From: Camelus dromedarius | Lineage: Eukaryota | DNA: 64,000 nt | Assembly: GCF_036321535.1 (NCBI RefSeq) | Contig: NC_087436.1 | Coordinates: 52,640,001-52,704,000 of the forward strand | Direction of reading: 5' to 3' | Part shown: positions 13,267-26,475 of the stretch, piece after piece | How positions within the stretch are numbered: position 1 is the stretch's first letter | Layout of the letters: the number at the start of each line of letters is the position of its first letter | Program-made: the position numbers and the translations under genes | The notes under the pieces: generated by a model | The model's input: only the letters and a program-made list of their open reading frames with translations | What the model was told of the DNA's origin: nothing | Databases searched by the model: none

Positions 13267-14769
13267 AATTAGTTGCTATATAAAAATTGAAAGTTATACT
13301 TTTGTACACCTTAGCTTGTGAACTGACATTCACATCCATTATACCTGTTTCGCCATCAATTCTTAAAGGCCAGAATTGCTTTTCCATCATCTGAGTTGTT
13401 CTTGGACAACTTTATTCCAATTTAAATTCCTGCACTTTTGTTAAGTCTCAGTACCACTGCAAAGCTTTGTTTTTTTTCTTTTTTTAAGGAAAATCTAGTC
13501 ACTACAAATTTTGCTCTTATTATTTTGAACCTGTGTCCTGCTGTGAAGTGGCCTCCATTTGACAAGCTGCAAAGAAGATTAAAAGGACAGCAATTATGAC
13601 CCCCCTCAGATGCAGGAACTGAGCTCAGGCCCCAGTGACTGGAAATCTGTATGTCCTGATGCTGGCAGAGCTTTTAGCAGCTCTGCCTGGAGCCCCTCTT
13701 TGAAGTGTGTCCAAGTGGGACTTTGAATCACGAACACTATCCGCTCCGTCCTCCACTACAACACTGAGAAACAGAACTTTAGTTTGATGGCATTTCATCT
13801 AAGGTGGTTTTCAGCTTTTAAATAAAAGTGATTACTCAAGCTTCAAAGCTTGGCAAAGGGTAGCACAAATCCTTAGGGGAAGAGAAACGATGAAAATTCA
13901 GAGTCTTTCTGGTTCCCTTCTGGGGTTCCCTTTTTAGGTTACTTTTACCAATTAGCTCCTAAAGATCCTTGCTGACAGCAATTTATAGATGACAATTTCA
14001 ACCAAATGAGCCCCAGCTGTGGGGCAAAGGCTCCATGGTAAGGCAGGGAACTGATTAGAAGTTGGCTCAAAACAACACACTAAGTGTGGGAATTTAGCTA
14101 TGGAACCCCAAGGAGATTTGGGCTCCAGAGAGTAGGTTCTGAGTCACTCCAGCTATTTCCCATCTCTATCTTTTTATTTATTTATTTGTTTGTTTTAAAA
14201 GACACATGGCCTGATCCTGGACCCTGGCTTCATCTTTCTGCTTGCTATTCTGAGTCGCCTTGGCCTTGAAGACTGAGTGTGGGTTTAAGAGTCAAGAGTT
14301 CATTCTAGGGTCTGTTTCTACCACCCTCCCACCATCTGGATGGGCACACTACAATTCTGTCTCTATAAAAAGGAGATGGGGAATGTTACAGGCAGAACTT
14401 GGAAGGAAAATTCAAGTAAATAGAACAATAAATGATAATAAATGAAAAGTGTTTTCAGAGTGTGTCCTAGGCAATGTTATGCACTATTTTAGAACAGATT
14501 TTTAATAGACAGAATGTTGTACTCTAGATGTTTTTAAAAATGACTGGTTAACCCCATGACAACCTATTTTTGGTTAGCAGAGGAGAATATGGTGTTCGTC
14601 ACATAAATTTGCCAGGACTTAATGTTCACAGAAATGAGACTGTGCTCGGAGTACGTGAGAGCAGACCAGGACAAATTCCCTACAAAGCACAAGGTAGCTG
14701 CAGTACCTGCAAACATTAGGAGAGGGGAGGGTTAGAAAAAGAAAGCAAGCACAGTTGTTTTATCATGCC

Positions 14770-15150
14770 TGTGTTAGTCTGCTCGGGCTGGCGCAACACA
14801 GGACCACAGCGTAAATGGCTTAAACAACTGAAATTTATTTTCTCACAATGGTGGAGACTAGCAGTCCAAGATCAAGGCATCTGCAGGCTTGGTTTCCCTG
14901 AGGCTTCTCTCCCTGGCTTGAGGAGGACAGCCTTCTCCTGGTGTCCTCCTCACTCGCTCTGTCTGCATATCCCTGGTGTCTCTTCTTGTATCTCCTCTTC
15001 CTGTAAGGACACTGGTCAGATTGGATTAGGGCTCACTCCAATGACCCAACTTTAACTTAATTACATCTTTAAAGGCCCTGTCTCCAACTACAGACACATT
15101 CCAAGGTGATGGGGGCCAACGGGGAAGGGAGAACACAGTTTTGCTTGTAA
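14770..15150 (-). mobile_element. MLT1A/B-type MaLR solo LTR
   Basis: ggcttaaacaactgaaatttattttctcaca...gtccaagatcaagg...taaggacactggtcagattggattagggc. Confidence 0.9.
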
Positions 15151-15394
15151 TATGCTAATATTTAATCCTGCTGAATATTACAGCAGAAATCTGCATGTTC
15201 GAGCCTTGAAAGAAAGTGGGACACACAGGTAACAATATTCATATAATGAATAATTATAATTTTATTGATGTTATTAAATCAAGATATTTTCCCTGTATAC
15301 CACAGAGTATACTCCTGTTCACCCCTCCCCACTATACCCACAAATCTGCGGTATAAATCTATGACTCTCGGCCCGAAGACTACCTCCCTCTGGG

Positions 15395-15576
15395 GAAAGC
15401 TCTCTGGTATCTCTTCTTATAAGGACACTAATCCTATCAGATTAGGGTCCCACCCTTATGACCTCATTTAACTTTAATTACTTCTTTAGAGGCCCTTTCT
15501 CCATAGATAGGCATATTGGGGGGTTAGGGTTTCAACATGTGAATTTTGGGAGGACACAAACATTTGGTTCATAGCA
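15395..15576 (-). mobile_element. MLT1A-type MaLR LTR fragment
   Basis: ctcttcttataaggacactaatcctatcagattagggtcccacccttatgacctcatttaac...ggacacaaacatttggttcatagca. Confidence 0.88.
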
Positions 15577-16279
15577 GAAGCCTTCTAAGCAGGAGAGTTG
15601 TTGGTTTTGTTTTTGTTTTTTTGTCCTCAGAGGCAAAAGAAAAGATAGAGAGGTAGATTAAACACAATACCTTGGCAAGGCTTCAAATCACTGTACAACC
15701 TAGGACAGTGCCTGAAACACGGGAGGAGCTCAGTGACTCCTACTGAGGGAAAGGACAAATGAATGATGCTATTACTTTTAGGCTGGGGTCTCAAAGTATA
15801 AAAGAGATGCTTCAAGGACAGTTTTCTGGGTAATATTATCTCTCAGGGAAGGATAAGTAAACTGATTCTCTTTGAAACAGGCTACCTAACAGTTCAAAAA
15901 GAAGTCATCTGTGATTATATGAGTGTGCAAAATATACGGAAATATGTGATAGGTACATTAGGTATTAATACAGAGTATCTGGAGCAGGAGTGAATGGACA
16001 GTGTGAGTGGAAGAAAAGGGGTAAGGAGAGAAGACAGCCGAGCGAAATGGGAAAAGAAAGATGACACCAAAATCTGTATGATAAGATTTCATACATGTGT
16101 TTATAGAAAATAATATATTAAAATTTAAATGACAAGGACCACTCATCCAGAAGGAGTATATGAATGGTTCCTTCCAAATAGAAGTCACAAAATAAACAGA
16201 GGTAAGATGTCACTCTGATGGAGATCAAATCTTCACATTGGAGATAGTAAGCCTGACTTCAACACAAAATTAATAAAAG

Positions 16280-17080
16280 ATGGTTTGTAAGTTCACATAA
16301 AAAGGCTCCCCAGGAGCCAAGAAGGATTTATCTAATGAAACTATGCCAAACTGGCCTCATTTTCTCCTTTGATCAAAATGCTAGACTGGAAAATCAGCAG
16401 AATCCTATAGGCATAGTACATTTGAATTTCAGCAAAGCATTTGAAATTTTTTTCAGTAACAATTTTGCAGATAAGACTAAGAAATAGCTGGCTTAAACCT
16501 ATATATCCTGAGTATTAAATAGATCCTGTTATTGTGGAAATAAAGATTTGTAATAGTTTGGAATAGGGTTTGTCAAGGACCCTGTCCAGGACATTTTATC
16601 AATACCTTAACAATCTTATAATTGTCAGATTTCTGAAAAATGAAAAATTGTGAGCATTTACTAAAATGCTGAATTGTGATCCTGACCAGTCAGAATAATG
16701 AAAAGAGAAATTTAACAGAAAAAATATAAAAGTCACACACATAGGTTAAAAGAATAGAGTTGAAAAGATTTTGTTTAAGTGTGATCTATATGAGAAAAAT
16801 AAGCAGAAATAACTTGTGGTTTGGGCTGACAGCAGGCTTATTCTGAGTCATGCACCATTTAACCCTGAGAGGTCAATGATTGCTTTGTCTACATTGCTGA
16901 ACATGTAGATTCAGACAAAGGGATGCTGTTCTGAGTGTATCTGGAATATTGTGTTTCATTGTGGACACCACATTTTAAAAAGGGATTCCAACAAACAAAA
17001 TAAAATATATGCAAAAGGGAAAGTCAAAGTAGGAGAGATTCTGGAAGCCCATCCTGTGCAGAATTGTGAAGAAACTAAGT
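16280..17080 (+). mobile_element. CR1/L3 LINE reverse-transcriptase remnant
   Basis: atgccaaactggcctcattttctcctttgat...gcatagtacatttgaatttcagcaaagcatttga is the decayed CR1 RT motif (CQTNLISFFD...YLDFSKAFD). Confidence 0.75.
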
Positions 17081-17254
17081 TTTCAGCACTGCATGGTAAT
17101 TTACATCTGTCAAACCCACTTCCACAGCACAAGACCAAGCCTGACATCCTAGGTTTGCCCACGGTCCTCATCCTGTTTTTCTACTTTCTTCCTCCCCTTC
17201 TTAATTCTCCCAGTTTCTGGCCTCATGGTAGTTCTTTGGCATGATAAAAGAAAT

Positions 17255-18940
17255 TATTTATGCATTCATTTATTTAACATTTATCGATCATCTACTATAT
17301 ACCCAGCAACTTTTCTAAGCATTTTAAACATCAGTGAACAAAACAGATAAAAATCTATGTCCTGTGTGGGGCTAAAATTCTAGAAAGTGACAGACAATAA
17401 CCAATAGATATCATAAATGAGTAAATGAAATGGTACTTTGAAAGCTGATAAATACTATGGAAAAAAAAGAATGAACAGAACAGTGTAAAGGGATTCAATG
17501 AGCTGAGAATAAGAGGGAAGTGGCTGCAATTTTAAGTGGTGTTGTCAGGGCAGGCCTCATTGGGAAGGTGACATTTGAATAGATCTTGAAGGAGTGAAGG
17601 AGTTAGCCACACGGCTATATGGGAGAACAGTGTTTCAGTACAAAAACCCTAAGGACTCTATGTCTATAAGGGAGTAAGACAAGGAAGTGTAGCAGGAAAT
17701 AAGCTCAGAGAGTAATGGTGCCGGGTAAGGACTTCAGTTTTTATTCTAATTAAGATGGGAATCCATCGGAGGGTTTTGAGCAGAGGAGAAACCTGATCTG
17801 ATTTACATTTCTAAAGGATTTCTATAGCTGCTGCATGAAGGGTAGATTCCAGAGGGAAAAGATGGGAGTTGAGATGCCTACGAGAAGGGTACTGCAGTAA
17901 TCCACATGAGCTGGACTGATTCGGTCACACCAGCATAGTGGCCATGTAGGTTGTGAGAAGGTAGAGCAAATAAGACGTCGTGAATGTTAGATGTGAGATA
18001 CGAACAAAAAAGAGGAGGTGAGACTACTTAGGGTTTTCAGCCTGAGCAGCATGAAGGATGAAGCTACCACTAACTGAATTAGTTGGGGAACAATATAGCT
18101 TTTAGGAGGAAGATCAAAAGAGTTCAGTCTTTGGCTGTGTAAAGGTGGAGATGTCAGTGACCTTCAAATGGAGATTTCAAGTTGAGAGTTAAATAAAGGA
18201 GAGCTGGACTCCACATAGAAATGTGGAAGTCTTTGGAAGGTAGAAGCCATGAGACTGAATTACACCCAGGAAGTGAGTGGAGGCACAGAAGAGGGTCAAG
18301 ATTGAACTCTGGGGCTCTCTGACTGTGGAAGGTCGAGGACAAGAGAAAGAAGCAACAAAGCAGAAAAGGAGAGTCTAGCCTGTTAGAAAAACCACCAGGA
18401 GGGTGTGGTGCCTCCGAAGCCAAAGGAAGAAAGTGTTTCAGAGAGATGGGCATGATCAGCTGTATCAACTGCTGCTGATAGGCTAAGATGAGAACTGAGA
18501 CTCCATCATGGGCTTTACCACTGGAGGCAGTAAGGACTTGGCAAGAGCGGTTTCAGTGGTATGGTCCGGGACAAAGTCAAATTAGTGTGGGTTAATAAAA
18601 GAATAGGAAAGGAGGAACTTAAAATGTTTGCTACAAAGGGACAGGAGCTAAAAGAGGAAGTGGAGACAAGGGAAGATTATTTTTAAAGATGGGGGCAATA
18701 GCAGTGCGATTGCTGCTAGGAGTCAGGAGAGAGTGAAAACTTGATCAGAGACAGAAGAAAGAATTGCTGGAATGAAGTACTTTGGTAGAGAGCTGGTGGG
18801 ATCCAGTGAAAAGTGGAGAGACTGGTTGTAATTGAGGCACAGTAGTTCATCAGTGAAAGAGGTGGGAAGGAAGATTATATGGTACAGATGGGGAGTGGGA
18901 ATCTGAGAAAGTTCTCTTCTGATGATCTCAATTTTCCTCA
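17255..18940 (-). mobile_element. L2a LINE, ~1.7 kb 3' portion
   Basis: Begins with cattcattt tail; continuous L2 blocks (gaaggtgacatttgaatagatcttgaaggagtgaagg, ggagggttttgagcagagg, aagatgagaactgaga). Confidence 0.9.
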
Positions 18941-21900
18941 GACAGCTCTGCTTTACTCCCAGACCACGGTATAAATTCTCTCAACCTGGGAGTTGTTAGC
19001 ATGGTAAGAAAACACCTCACTCATCCAGCTAATCTGAGGACTTAAGACCTCCCTGTGGACCCTTCAGTACAACATCTTTGCCTAGTGCATCCCAGCCACC
19101 ACAAGAGGGACCCAGAACATATGTGCAGCTGAGAACAGAGAAGATACAAAAAGAGGACCTCTGGCTGTACTTTGGTATTTGCAGTGCTGGTATTGTCTGA
19201 AATTTTAACAAAACAGAATAAATGCAGAAAGCCCCAGCTGTGAAGTTGAAAACCACATTGCGCAAATTACTAACTCTCTTTCGGTGGGAACTTGGGTAAG
19301 TTAATGTATCCAATCCCATTTCCTCATCTGTAGACAGCAGAAGTATATACTTCCTTCTATCCCTTCTGGCTTCCAAAATATGGAGCCTGGAGCCCCTCTT
19401 CTGGCTGTTAGATGTCCAAGGATATGTAGTGTCTACGTATTGCAAGGATGCCTGCTCATGGGGGAACCTCATGAAGCCCCAAAGCGCAGGTAAAGAGTGG
19501 ATCTCCTCCCATAGTGACACCACCACATACAGGGAGTTACCCAGGGTTCCTCCATCCCATCCCCGCTCCTGGCATTTGTTGGATGTTTTCACCATAGCCC
19601 TATCCTCAGTCTTTGGCTCCAGGCATTTTTCAGCCCAAGACTAATTCTTGAATGGAAGGGGCATATCCCTTTGATGTCTGAACCTCAGCCCTTTTATCTT
19701 TCTCTTCCTCATCTCCCCACCCACATTATCCCTAGTTTCATTCTAAGCACAACAGCGGTACATCAGTACCTCACTCCCATGCCTTTTACAGACAGACTTG
19801 CCATATCATCTCTTCTGTGCTGCCAGGGCAGAGAAGCAGAAGCAGTGATGAGTGCTAAGCAAATCACAAGGTTAGAGACTTCACACTCCTCACCAGGACC
19901 TACCCCAATGCTTCTCCCCATCTATCTTAACTGAATCTTGTGAATTATTCAGTTTCTTCAGAAGGTTTTTATAATGTGAATTATGATGGAAGAATTTGAA
20001 TCTAGAAAATTGCTTAAAGCTAAATCATTTGATTATCTCTAATCATGAATTAAGATGCCACAGTATGAATTATGGGCCCTGGCTTCATCTCTGCTCAGCG
20101 CACGTCCAAATGGCATTCAGTGATTATTTTTCACGCATACAGAGTGGAGAGGCAAAGTCGCTGATCACTAACGTGGTATAATTAAAAGGAGGTCTAAAGG
20201 CTTCTCAAAAAATATCTTCTCCATTTTCCTGAACATTATTCTGCTGATGAAAGTTATTTGGGTTAAGTCTTTGTGTCTCCAGAAGGCCTGCAATAACAGG
20301 GAAATACACAACCCTGGAGAAAAGCCCATTCAGATGGCACCTCCCAGTAATCTATTCCAGTGATGAACTAATCAGATTAGCAGTCTGCCACTAATGCCAA
20401 GGAGCCGCCATATATGTGACAATGTGTACAAAAGGTCCAAAGAGATAGAAAGGAAAGGTCAGGAACATGAAGCAAAATGTGGGTCACTTCAGTGGGGACA
20501 TGCGGATGCTGGGCTCCTGATAAAGGCTGAACCTTGAGCACCTGGAAACACGAGGCTTCATCACTTAACTCCACAATTTCAATTTACTGTGCAATCAGAG
20601 GGGATGTTTCACTGATGATAATGAGAATGCTTAGGCACAGAAAATAAAGGATAAACCAACATTCTCTGGTGTAAACTGCAAGATCTCCAAAGGACTAGCC
20701 TAATTTTATAAAATTTGATAAATGCTTGAAAGAGGACTATGTCCTAAACTCTCCAAAGCTGAGAAAGGCCCTAAACTCTTTACTTAAAGTCAATACAAAA
20801 TAACAAACAGATTAGGTGAGAAATGAAAGGACATTATTATTCCGGATGAAATCACTCAGGTTAGTGCTGCTTTCAGAAGACTGCAGGTTCTATCCTCACA
20901 GAGATGAGTGATATTTAACACCAGCCTGCTTAATGCTTTCTCTCCTATCTCATGCATCCTGTGACTTCTCCCAAGCACTCTGTCTAACTCCTGCAGCCAC
21001 CAGCAGGTTGATGGTGGACCATTGGGTAGATATTTCTCTACCATGATGTCCCAGGATCCTAACATACTGAAATGTAAAGTCAGAAGAGGAAGAGAGGTCG
21101 GTGGTGATCTGACTTGTTCTTAGGAAACGCAGCATATTGGCAACCTATTTCATCCATCGACCTGCCTTGGCAAAACTTCAAAACTAAAGGGTGTATTGTC
21201 TTGTAACCCTGGCAGGGGTGGAGAAGGGTAGGGACAAGAAGTTCAGACCTTCAGGTACAGTTGTGATCTTCTGCTAGTTGGGATGCCCTGCAATGTGGAA
21301 ACTGAGAAGGAAGATTAATAGATCATAATCAGATGAAGAAAAATTTTTACTTAAAGATATAACTAATAAAAAAGAATGAAGTAACTACATTTCTAACTGG
21401 TAGGTATAGCAAAAACATAATGAACTTTAAACTTATAAGCTTCCAAGTGCAAGTTTTTTTCAAGTAAGTGCTACTGGTATCCTGGTTTTCAGTTTTACAC
21501 TGAGGAAAACTTCAAACTTACACTTTCATTGTGAGCATTTGTAAATTCCTGACCTTATATCTGTGTACTACTTTTTTTTTTAAACCAAAGCTTAACTGCT
21601 TCAGAATAATAGCAAAGGCATTTAAGTATCTATTCACAGTTAACCAAGGAATAGGCATTAATTTGCCTTCTTACACTCTTAATTACCTCTGTGAGATCCA
21701 AACACAGCTCCCTCAGCTGCAGCCTGGCAACATTTCCACTTGAATGTCTGACATTCCTCCTATCAGGCTCATTTTGTCCCAAACCCCAACTCCTTTCCCC
21801 TTAAGCTTCTCCTTTGGTTCAGTCAATACCCCTAGGTAATGTTGTCCAAGTTGCATCCTTATACAAGGATGATGCCCAACTATGTAAATCACATCAGAAT

Positions 21901-22424
21901 TCCCACTGTCACGACTCTCACAGCCAACTGCCTCTGAGCAACTTCGACTGGACAAGCCCATCACTCTGGAAGTGATTTATTATATTCATTCCAAAAATGT
22001 GTGCTTGTGTGACACCATTTTCCAAGACAATCACTCAAAATCTTGATATCTTCTTGGAATCATCTTCTCATCATACATACTAAATAAATTTTCAGCCTCA
22101 ATCATTTTTTCCCCATTCTTTCATAAGCTTCCAACTTTTTATTTACAAGGACCCTGCCCATGTTCAGGCTCCTGCTTGTCTTGTTGGACTACTACCGTTT
22201 TAGCCTAACTGACTTCTGGGCCCCTGTATCTGTCCCTTTCTGAATAATCTTTCCCTCTGCTCTCAGAATTAATCTTCCTTCTCACTCCTACTAAACTTTC
22301 CACACATAAAATTAAAATTTACCTTTTGTCAGCTGGCATATCTTGGCTCCAGTCTTTTCTTTTGGGTTATTCTCCAACTACAATCCCACCTCATCCTTAC
22401 CTGTTGAAATATTAACCACACCCA

Positions 22425-22770
22425 TATTAGCCAGTATGGACTAAGTTACGCTACAGTAACAAACAATCTCAAAATCTCATTAGCATTCAACAAAGGTTAT
22501 GTCTTGCTTATAATTCCAGTCTTTGGAGTAACTGCATCTTACTGCATGTTGTCTTCATTTGAGGTCCCAGATGAAGGAGCCCCTGCCTGAAACTTAAAGG
22601 TCTTGTGACACAATGGCTCTTTAAGTTTCCACCCATATTTTATTGGTCAAAGCAAGTTAAAGGGCCATGTCTGGTATAAATGGGGCAAGAGGTATAATTC
22701 TCCCACACAGAGGTCCCAGTAGAGAATGACAGCAAATATTTTGGACAAATAATACAATCTACCACACCAT
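22425..22770. mobile_element. MLT1J/K-type MaLR LTR
   Basis: ggactaagttacgctacagtaacaaacaatctcaaaatctc...tattggtcaaagcaagt...acaatctaccaca. Confidence 0.75.
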
Positions 22771-22829
22771 CATTAAAGGAACAGCATAAATTCTACTATG
22801 TTTTCAGTGTTTGTCTTCTTCTTCTAGAC

Positions 22830-23051
22830 CATGATATCTCAATCACACCACTATTAACAAATTTGGGCTGGATAATACTTAGTTATGGGGTTTGTCTGTT
22901 CTTTGTAAGATATTTAGCAGAATGCCTGGCCTCAACCTTTTGGATATCAATAGCTCCACACATGCTCACCCACTGTGCCAATCAAAAATGGCTCCAGATC
23001 CTGGGAAATGTTCCCTGGGAGGGCAAAATCACTGCCAGTTAGCAACCACTG
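22830..23051. mobile_element. MER20 (hAT-Charlie MITE) with 8-bp TSD
   Basis: Full MER20 body ending aaccactg; flanks ttctagac (22822-22829) and ctctagtc (23052-23059) fit the hAT NTCTAGAN target. Confidence 0.9.
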
Positions 23052-23249
23052 CTCTAGTCTATGAGTCCTTAAAGAACAGGAAATGTGTCTTAGTCATTAC
23101 TTCATCTTCATGGCACCAACTCCTACAAATGGTATACAGTGAATCATTGTTATAAAATAGAATGGAAATTTCAGAACAAAATTTCCTTTATTAAACAAAA
23201 TCAAGGGCAATATTTGTCTCTCAGGTGTCTTTTGGGGAAAAAAACAGAA

Positions 23250-23435
23250 ACTTTAGAGACAGAAAGATGCAGTTTAAATACTGGCTTCACCACTCCATAA
23301 GATTCTGGAAATGCTGCTTAACCTCAGTTTCTTCATCTTCACAATGGGTACAGCAGCACTGCCCTGGCAATTTTGTGGTGATGAGTCAATACAAATTGCT
23401 TGGTGTATGGTGTCTGCTCAATAAATGGTAGCTAC
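23250..23435 (+). mobile_element. MIR SINE
   Basis: cttaacctcagtttcttcatc...ctcaataaatggtagcta. Confidence 0.75.
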
Positions 23436-24299
23436 CATCACCATCAGCAGCAGAATTACTTCCTCCGTCACACCCTTAAATATGAGAATGTTTAAAAAAG
23501 TATTTGCCCTCCTGCGTAGAAATGCCAAATGTTACTTCCCAGAAAGAGAACAGTGTGGTCCCACAAAATATTGCCTACGTTTGTTTCTCCATAAATAAGA
23601 CTTGTTGTCAAGAAACTTGAGCTCCGTGCTAGGGCATTTGCCACGAAACACTTCGGCTTGGATATGAGCAACAGGTTTTTGCGGCACTTTCCTGGATGTC
23701 AGCAGAATCTCACAAATCAGGCAAGAACAGTCCAAAACATATGCCCTCAGCAACTTGCCAAAAACCAATAAAATGAACAGTGAGTAGAGCCAAAATCAAG
23801 GAGGCGGGCAGGAGTAGAGTAGGGCTGCAAACCCCAATAAATTCACATGGAAATGCATTTCATTTTTGGAAGGGTCTGACTAAACAAAACCATTTCAAAT
23901 GATGAAAAGAACCTTCCTAGAACTACATACCACATAGTCAGGAGCATCAAAATGACAAATCTCTCCTGGATTTTTATAATCCAACCACTTGGAACAAGCT
24001 ATGTTGACAACTCAGTGGTTTCGCAGATAGTAAGCATTAACAGCATCCTGGAGCTAGCCTTTTGTTAAGAGATTTGCACATTGTGAAGATATCAAGACGT
24101 GGGCATTTTACATCAAGGTGCAAAATACCTCTTTTGTTTTCTGGTTAAGAAATTCATGGCACGGCTATCAGGGCAAGTTTAAAACAGAACAAAATCACAA
24201 AAGTCTCAGTTTAGTAAACCCAGGCTGTGCGTTGTTTGCAAATTAGTATGATTCCCTGAACAGCAAAACTCCGTTTGAAGGGCTTGTGGCTCTATATGA

Positions 24300-24720
24300 T
24301 TGACTCACCCTACTCCCTTTTTCTTTTAACAACTGTGAGATTTTCAAGCTGGTAGAACGATTTAAACCGAAGGCCCTGTAGATTTAAACGCTTGAATTCC
24401 CAGCATTCGGAGCAGACACTGCAGCAGCAGCAACAGTAAAAGCTCGCGTTCCATGGGAGCTAAGATTTCACTCCAAAGGCTGTTGTGAGTCAGCCTGTTT
24501 CTTCAGTGAAGGTGGGGTCAGCCAGCCCAAAGATTAAGCTTGTCTGACCCTGCACATCGACCCTCGGAACGGCGCTGCGGCTGCCGAGGGGCGCTGCGTC
24601 CCCGCGAGCTGTAAGCGGATCTGCCGCCCGCCCGGCCGCCGCGCGGGGCACCGCACCGCCGCCTACGCTCGCCCAGTGTACCTGCCTGCCATCTGGCTCA
24701 AGGCCACTCTCTCCTGCAAG
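24300..24720. promoter_or_regulatory. Small CpG island / candidate promoter with first-exon-like splice donors on both strands
   Basis: About 20 CpGs in 24557-24672 in an otherwise CpG-depleted window, not repeat-derived; GC boxes; donors AGG|GTGAGT (minus, exon end 24309) and GTT|GTGAGT (plus, exon end 24484); AP-1 sites 24301-24307 and 24486-24492. Confidence 0.65.
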
Positions 24721-26442
24721 CAGTATTGTAGTAACCAAACCACTTTCAGCAACAACGGGCTCCACTGGAAAATGTGCTTTCTTCACTTGCCACGCTTCTA
24801 ATCCTGCTGGTTTAATGAGCCCCAAAGGGCAGCCTCTACATAGCTTACCGAATTCTAATTAGATAATTAAACCAGATAGCAAAAATCTTTATTTTTGGAG
24901 CTATAAACGTAGGCCGTGGATGTTATATTATGTGCAACTAAAATTCCACAAGCAAAGCATTCCTAAACACTTTTCAAAATAAATAAACGTTTAGTTCCAA
25001 ACTCAGAAATTAATACTTGCTTTGGTCAAGGTTCTGGGACTGTCAGACAATATATTTTTAAAGACTGAGAGAAAATAAATACCGAGATCTTTTTCATGCA
25101 TGCATTGGGTCAGTAAATACTTATTCAGCACCCATTCAGCGCCAGCCACTGCTCTGAGCATCCAGTAATGATAAGGTTCTAAGATCTCCTTGAAGTGGTG
25201 ATTTAAATATTTGAGATAAACTAATAATAACCACAATAAGCACACGTCTACAAGTTAGGCCAAAAAATAGAAACCCGTCAACCTTTATTTATCATGTTAT
25301 TTACGCTGACTTCTCTATTCCATCATGGGTAACCAGTCAGATATATGCACTTCCTTGTGTACTTTTTGTTTTATATATTTTATGACTTTTTGCATTGTGG
25401 GCAGATTTGCAGAGTAGAATGAGAATTATTTTTCAGGAGGTAGTTTTGACATACAAAGCAAAAGCAAAGTCCTATCAATACGGCTGTTTCTTCAGTGCTA
25501 ATGCACTTGCATAAAGAGAAATGGTTTTAACTGAAAGTAAAAATTGTTGCTAGAAACTCATTGCAGTGCTACCCTAGAAGACTAAAAGGAGAATGGGACA
25601 AATTTCAGTTGTCAAAAAAAAAAGGGGGGTGGGTGGGGGATACTTGAGACAAAAAGACTTAAAGAAAACATTTTAAAGAGGGAAAACTGGTCTATTCTTT
25701 TTCCTCCTTTCTTCCATGCACCCTAAAAAATACATAACTTCCTTACTTGGTTTCCTACTTCTTTGGTACAAATATTTAAAAGATTGCTCACATGACCCTA
25801 TATGTTTTTATTTTTCCCTTATTTTCCTTTTTAGTTTCCAAATTCATGTCACTTACTCTCTTTGGGAAGAGGACTGACAATATTTTAGATGAAAAATAAG
25901 TCAGGATTAGATATTACCTTTTCTTCCTCATTTTCCTTCGTTCCTAATTGTTTTCTCCGGGGAATCAACAGACCCTACTGATATTCCCAAAACAAAATTT
26001 TGGCGAGTCAGTGCTAACCAAAAGTATCATAGAGCAATGCTAGGCTGTTCTGCACAAAAGCAGGTAGCAGATGGAAACGTGACACATTGAAACATCTGGA
26101 AATTTCCCAAATAATTGTTTCACCCGAACAAATTCTACGAATTATTAGAAATGAAGTTTTTGCTTTTAACCTAAATATGTGTTGTTATAATAGTTGTAGG
26201 GCTAGGAATAAAAATCTTAATGATTCCACAATGACTTCTTCAGTTCAGCTCTCTCCAAAAGGAAGACATAAATTAATCAAGGTTGGCCGGGACAATGACA
26301 TTTTAACAATGACTATTTTGATGTTTTCCATTGCAGCAAGCTGGAAAGAGAACTGGGATGCAAGGACAAATGTGATCAAGTCCCCTCCTTGGGCCATTTT
26401 GCTATGTCTCCTCTGCCCTAAACATCATTAGCCATTTTAGAG

Positions 26443-26474
<32 letters not shown>
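26443..26474. repeat. (TC)4(AC)12 compound microsatellite
   Basis: Direct reading of the sequence. Confidence 0.95.

Positions 26475-26475
<1 letters not shown>

Noticed and set aside
14770..15576. Two nearby MLT1 LTRs as a proviral LTR pair
   Set aside because: Only ~245 bp apart, visibly diverged, second is partial, and no internal MaLR sequence lies between them; independent insertions are more likely.
19029..19595. 188-aa minus-strand ORF (longest in window)
   Set aside because: Runs through a MIR fragment (~19240-19380) and shows no protein-family features.
24490..24825. 111-aa minus-strand ORF across the CpG island
   Set aside because: Non-ATG start; Ala/Gly/Arg richness explained by GC content.
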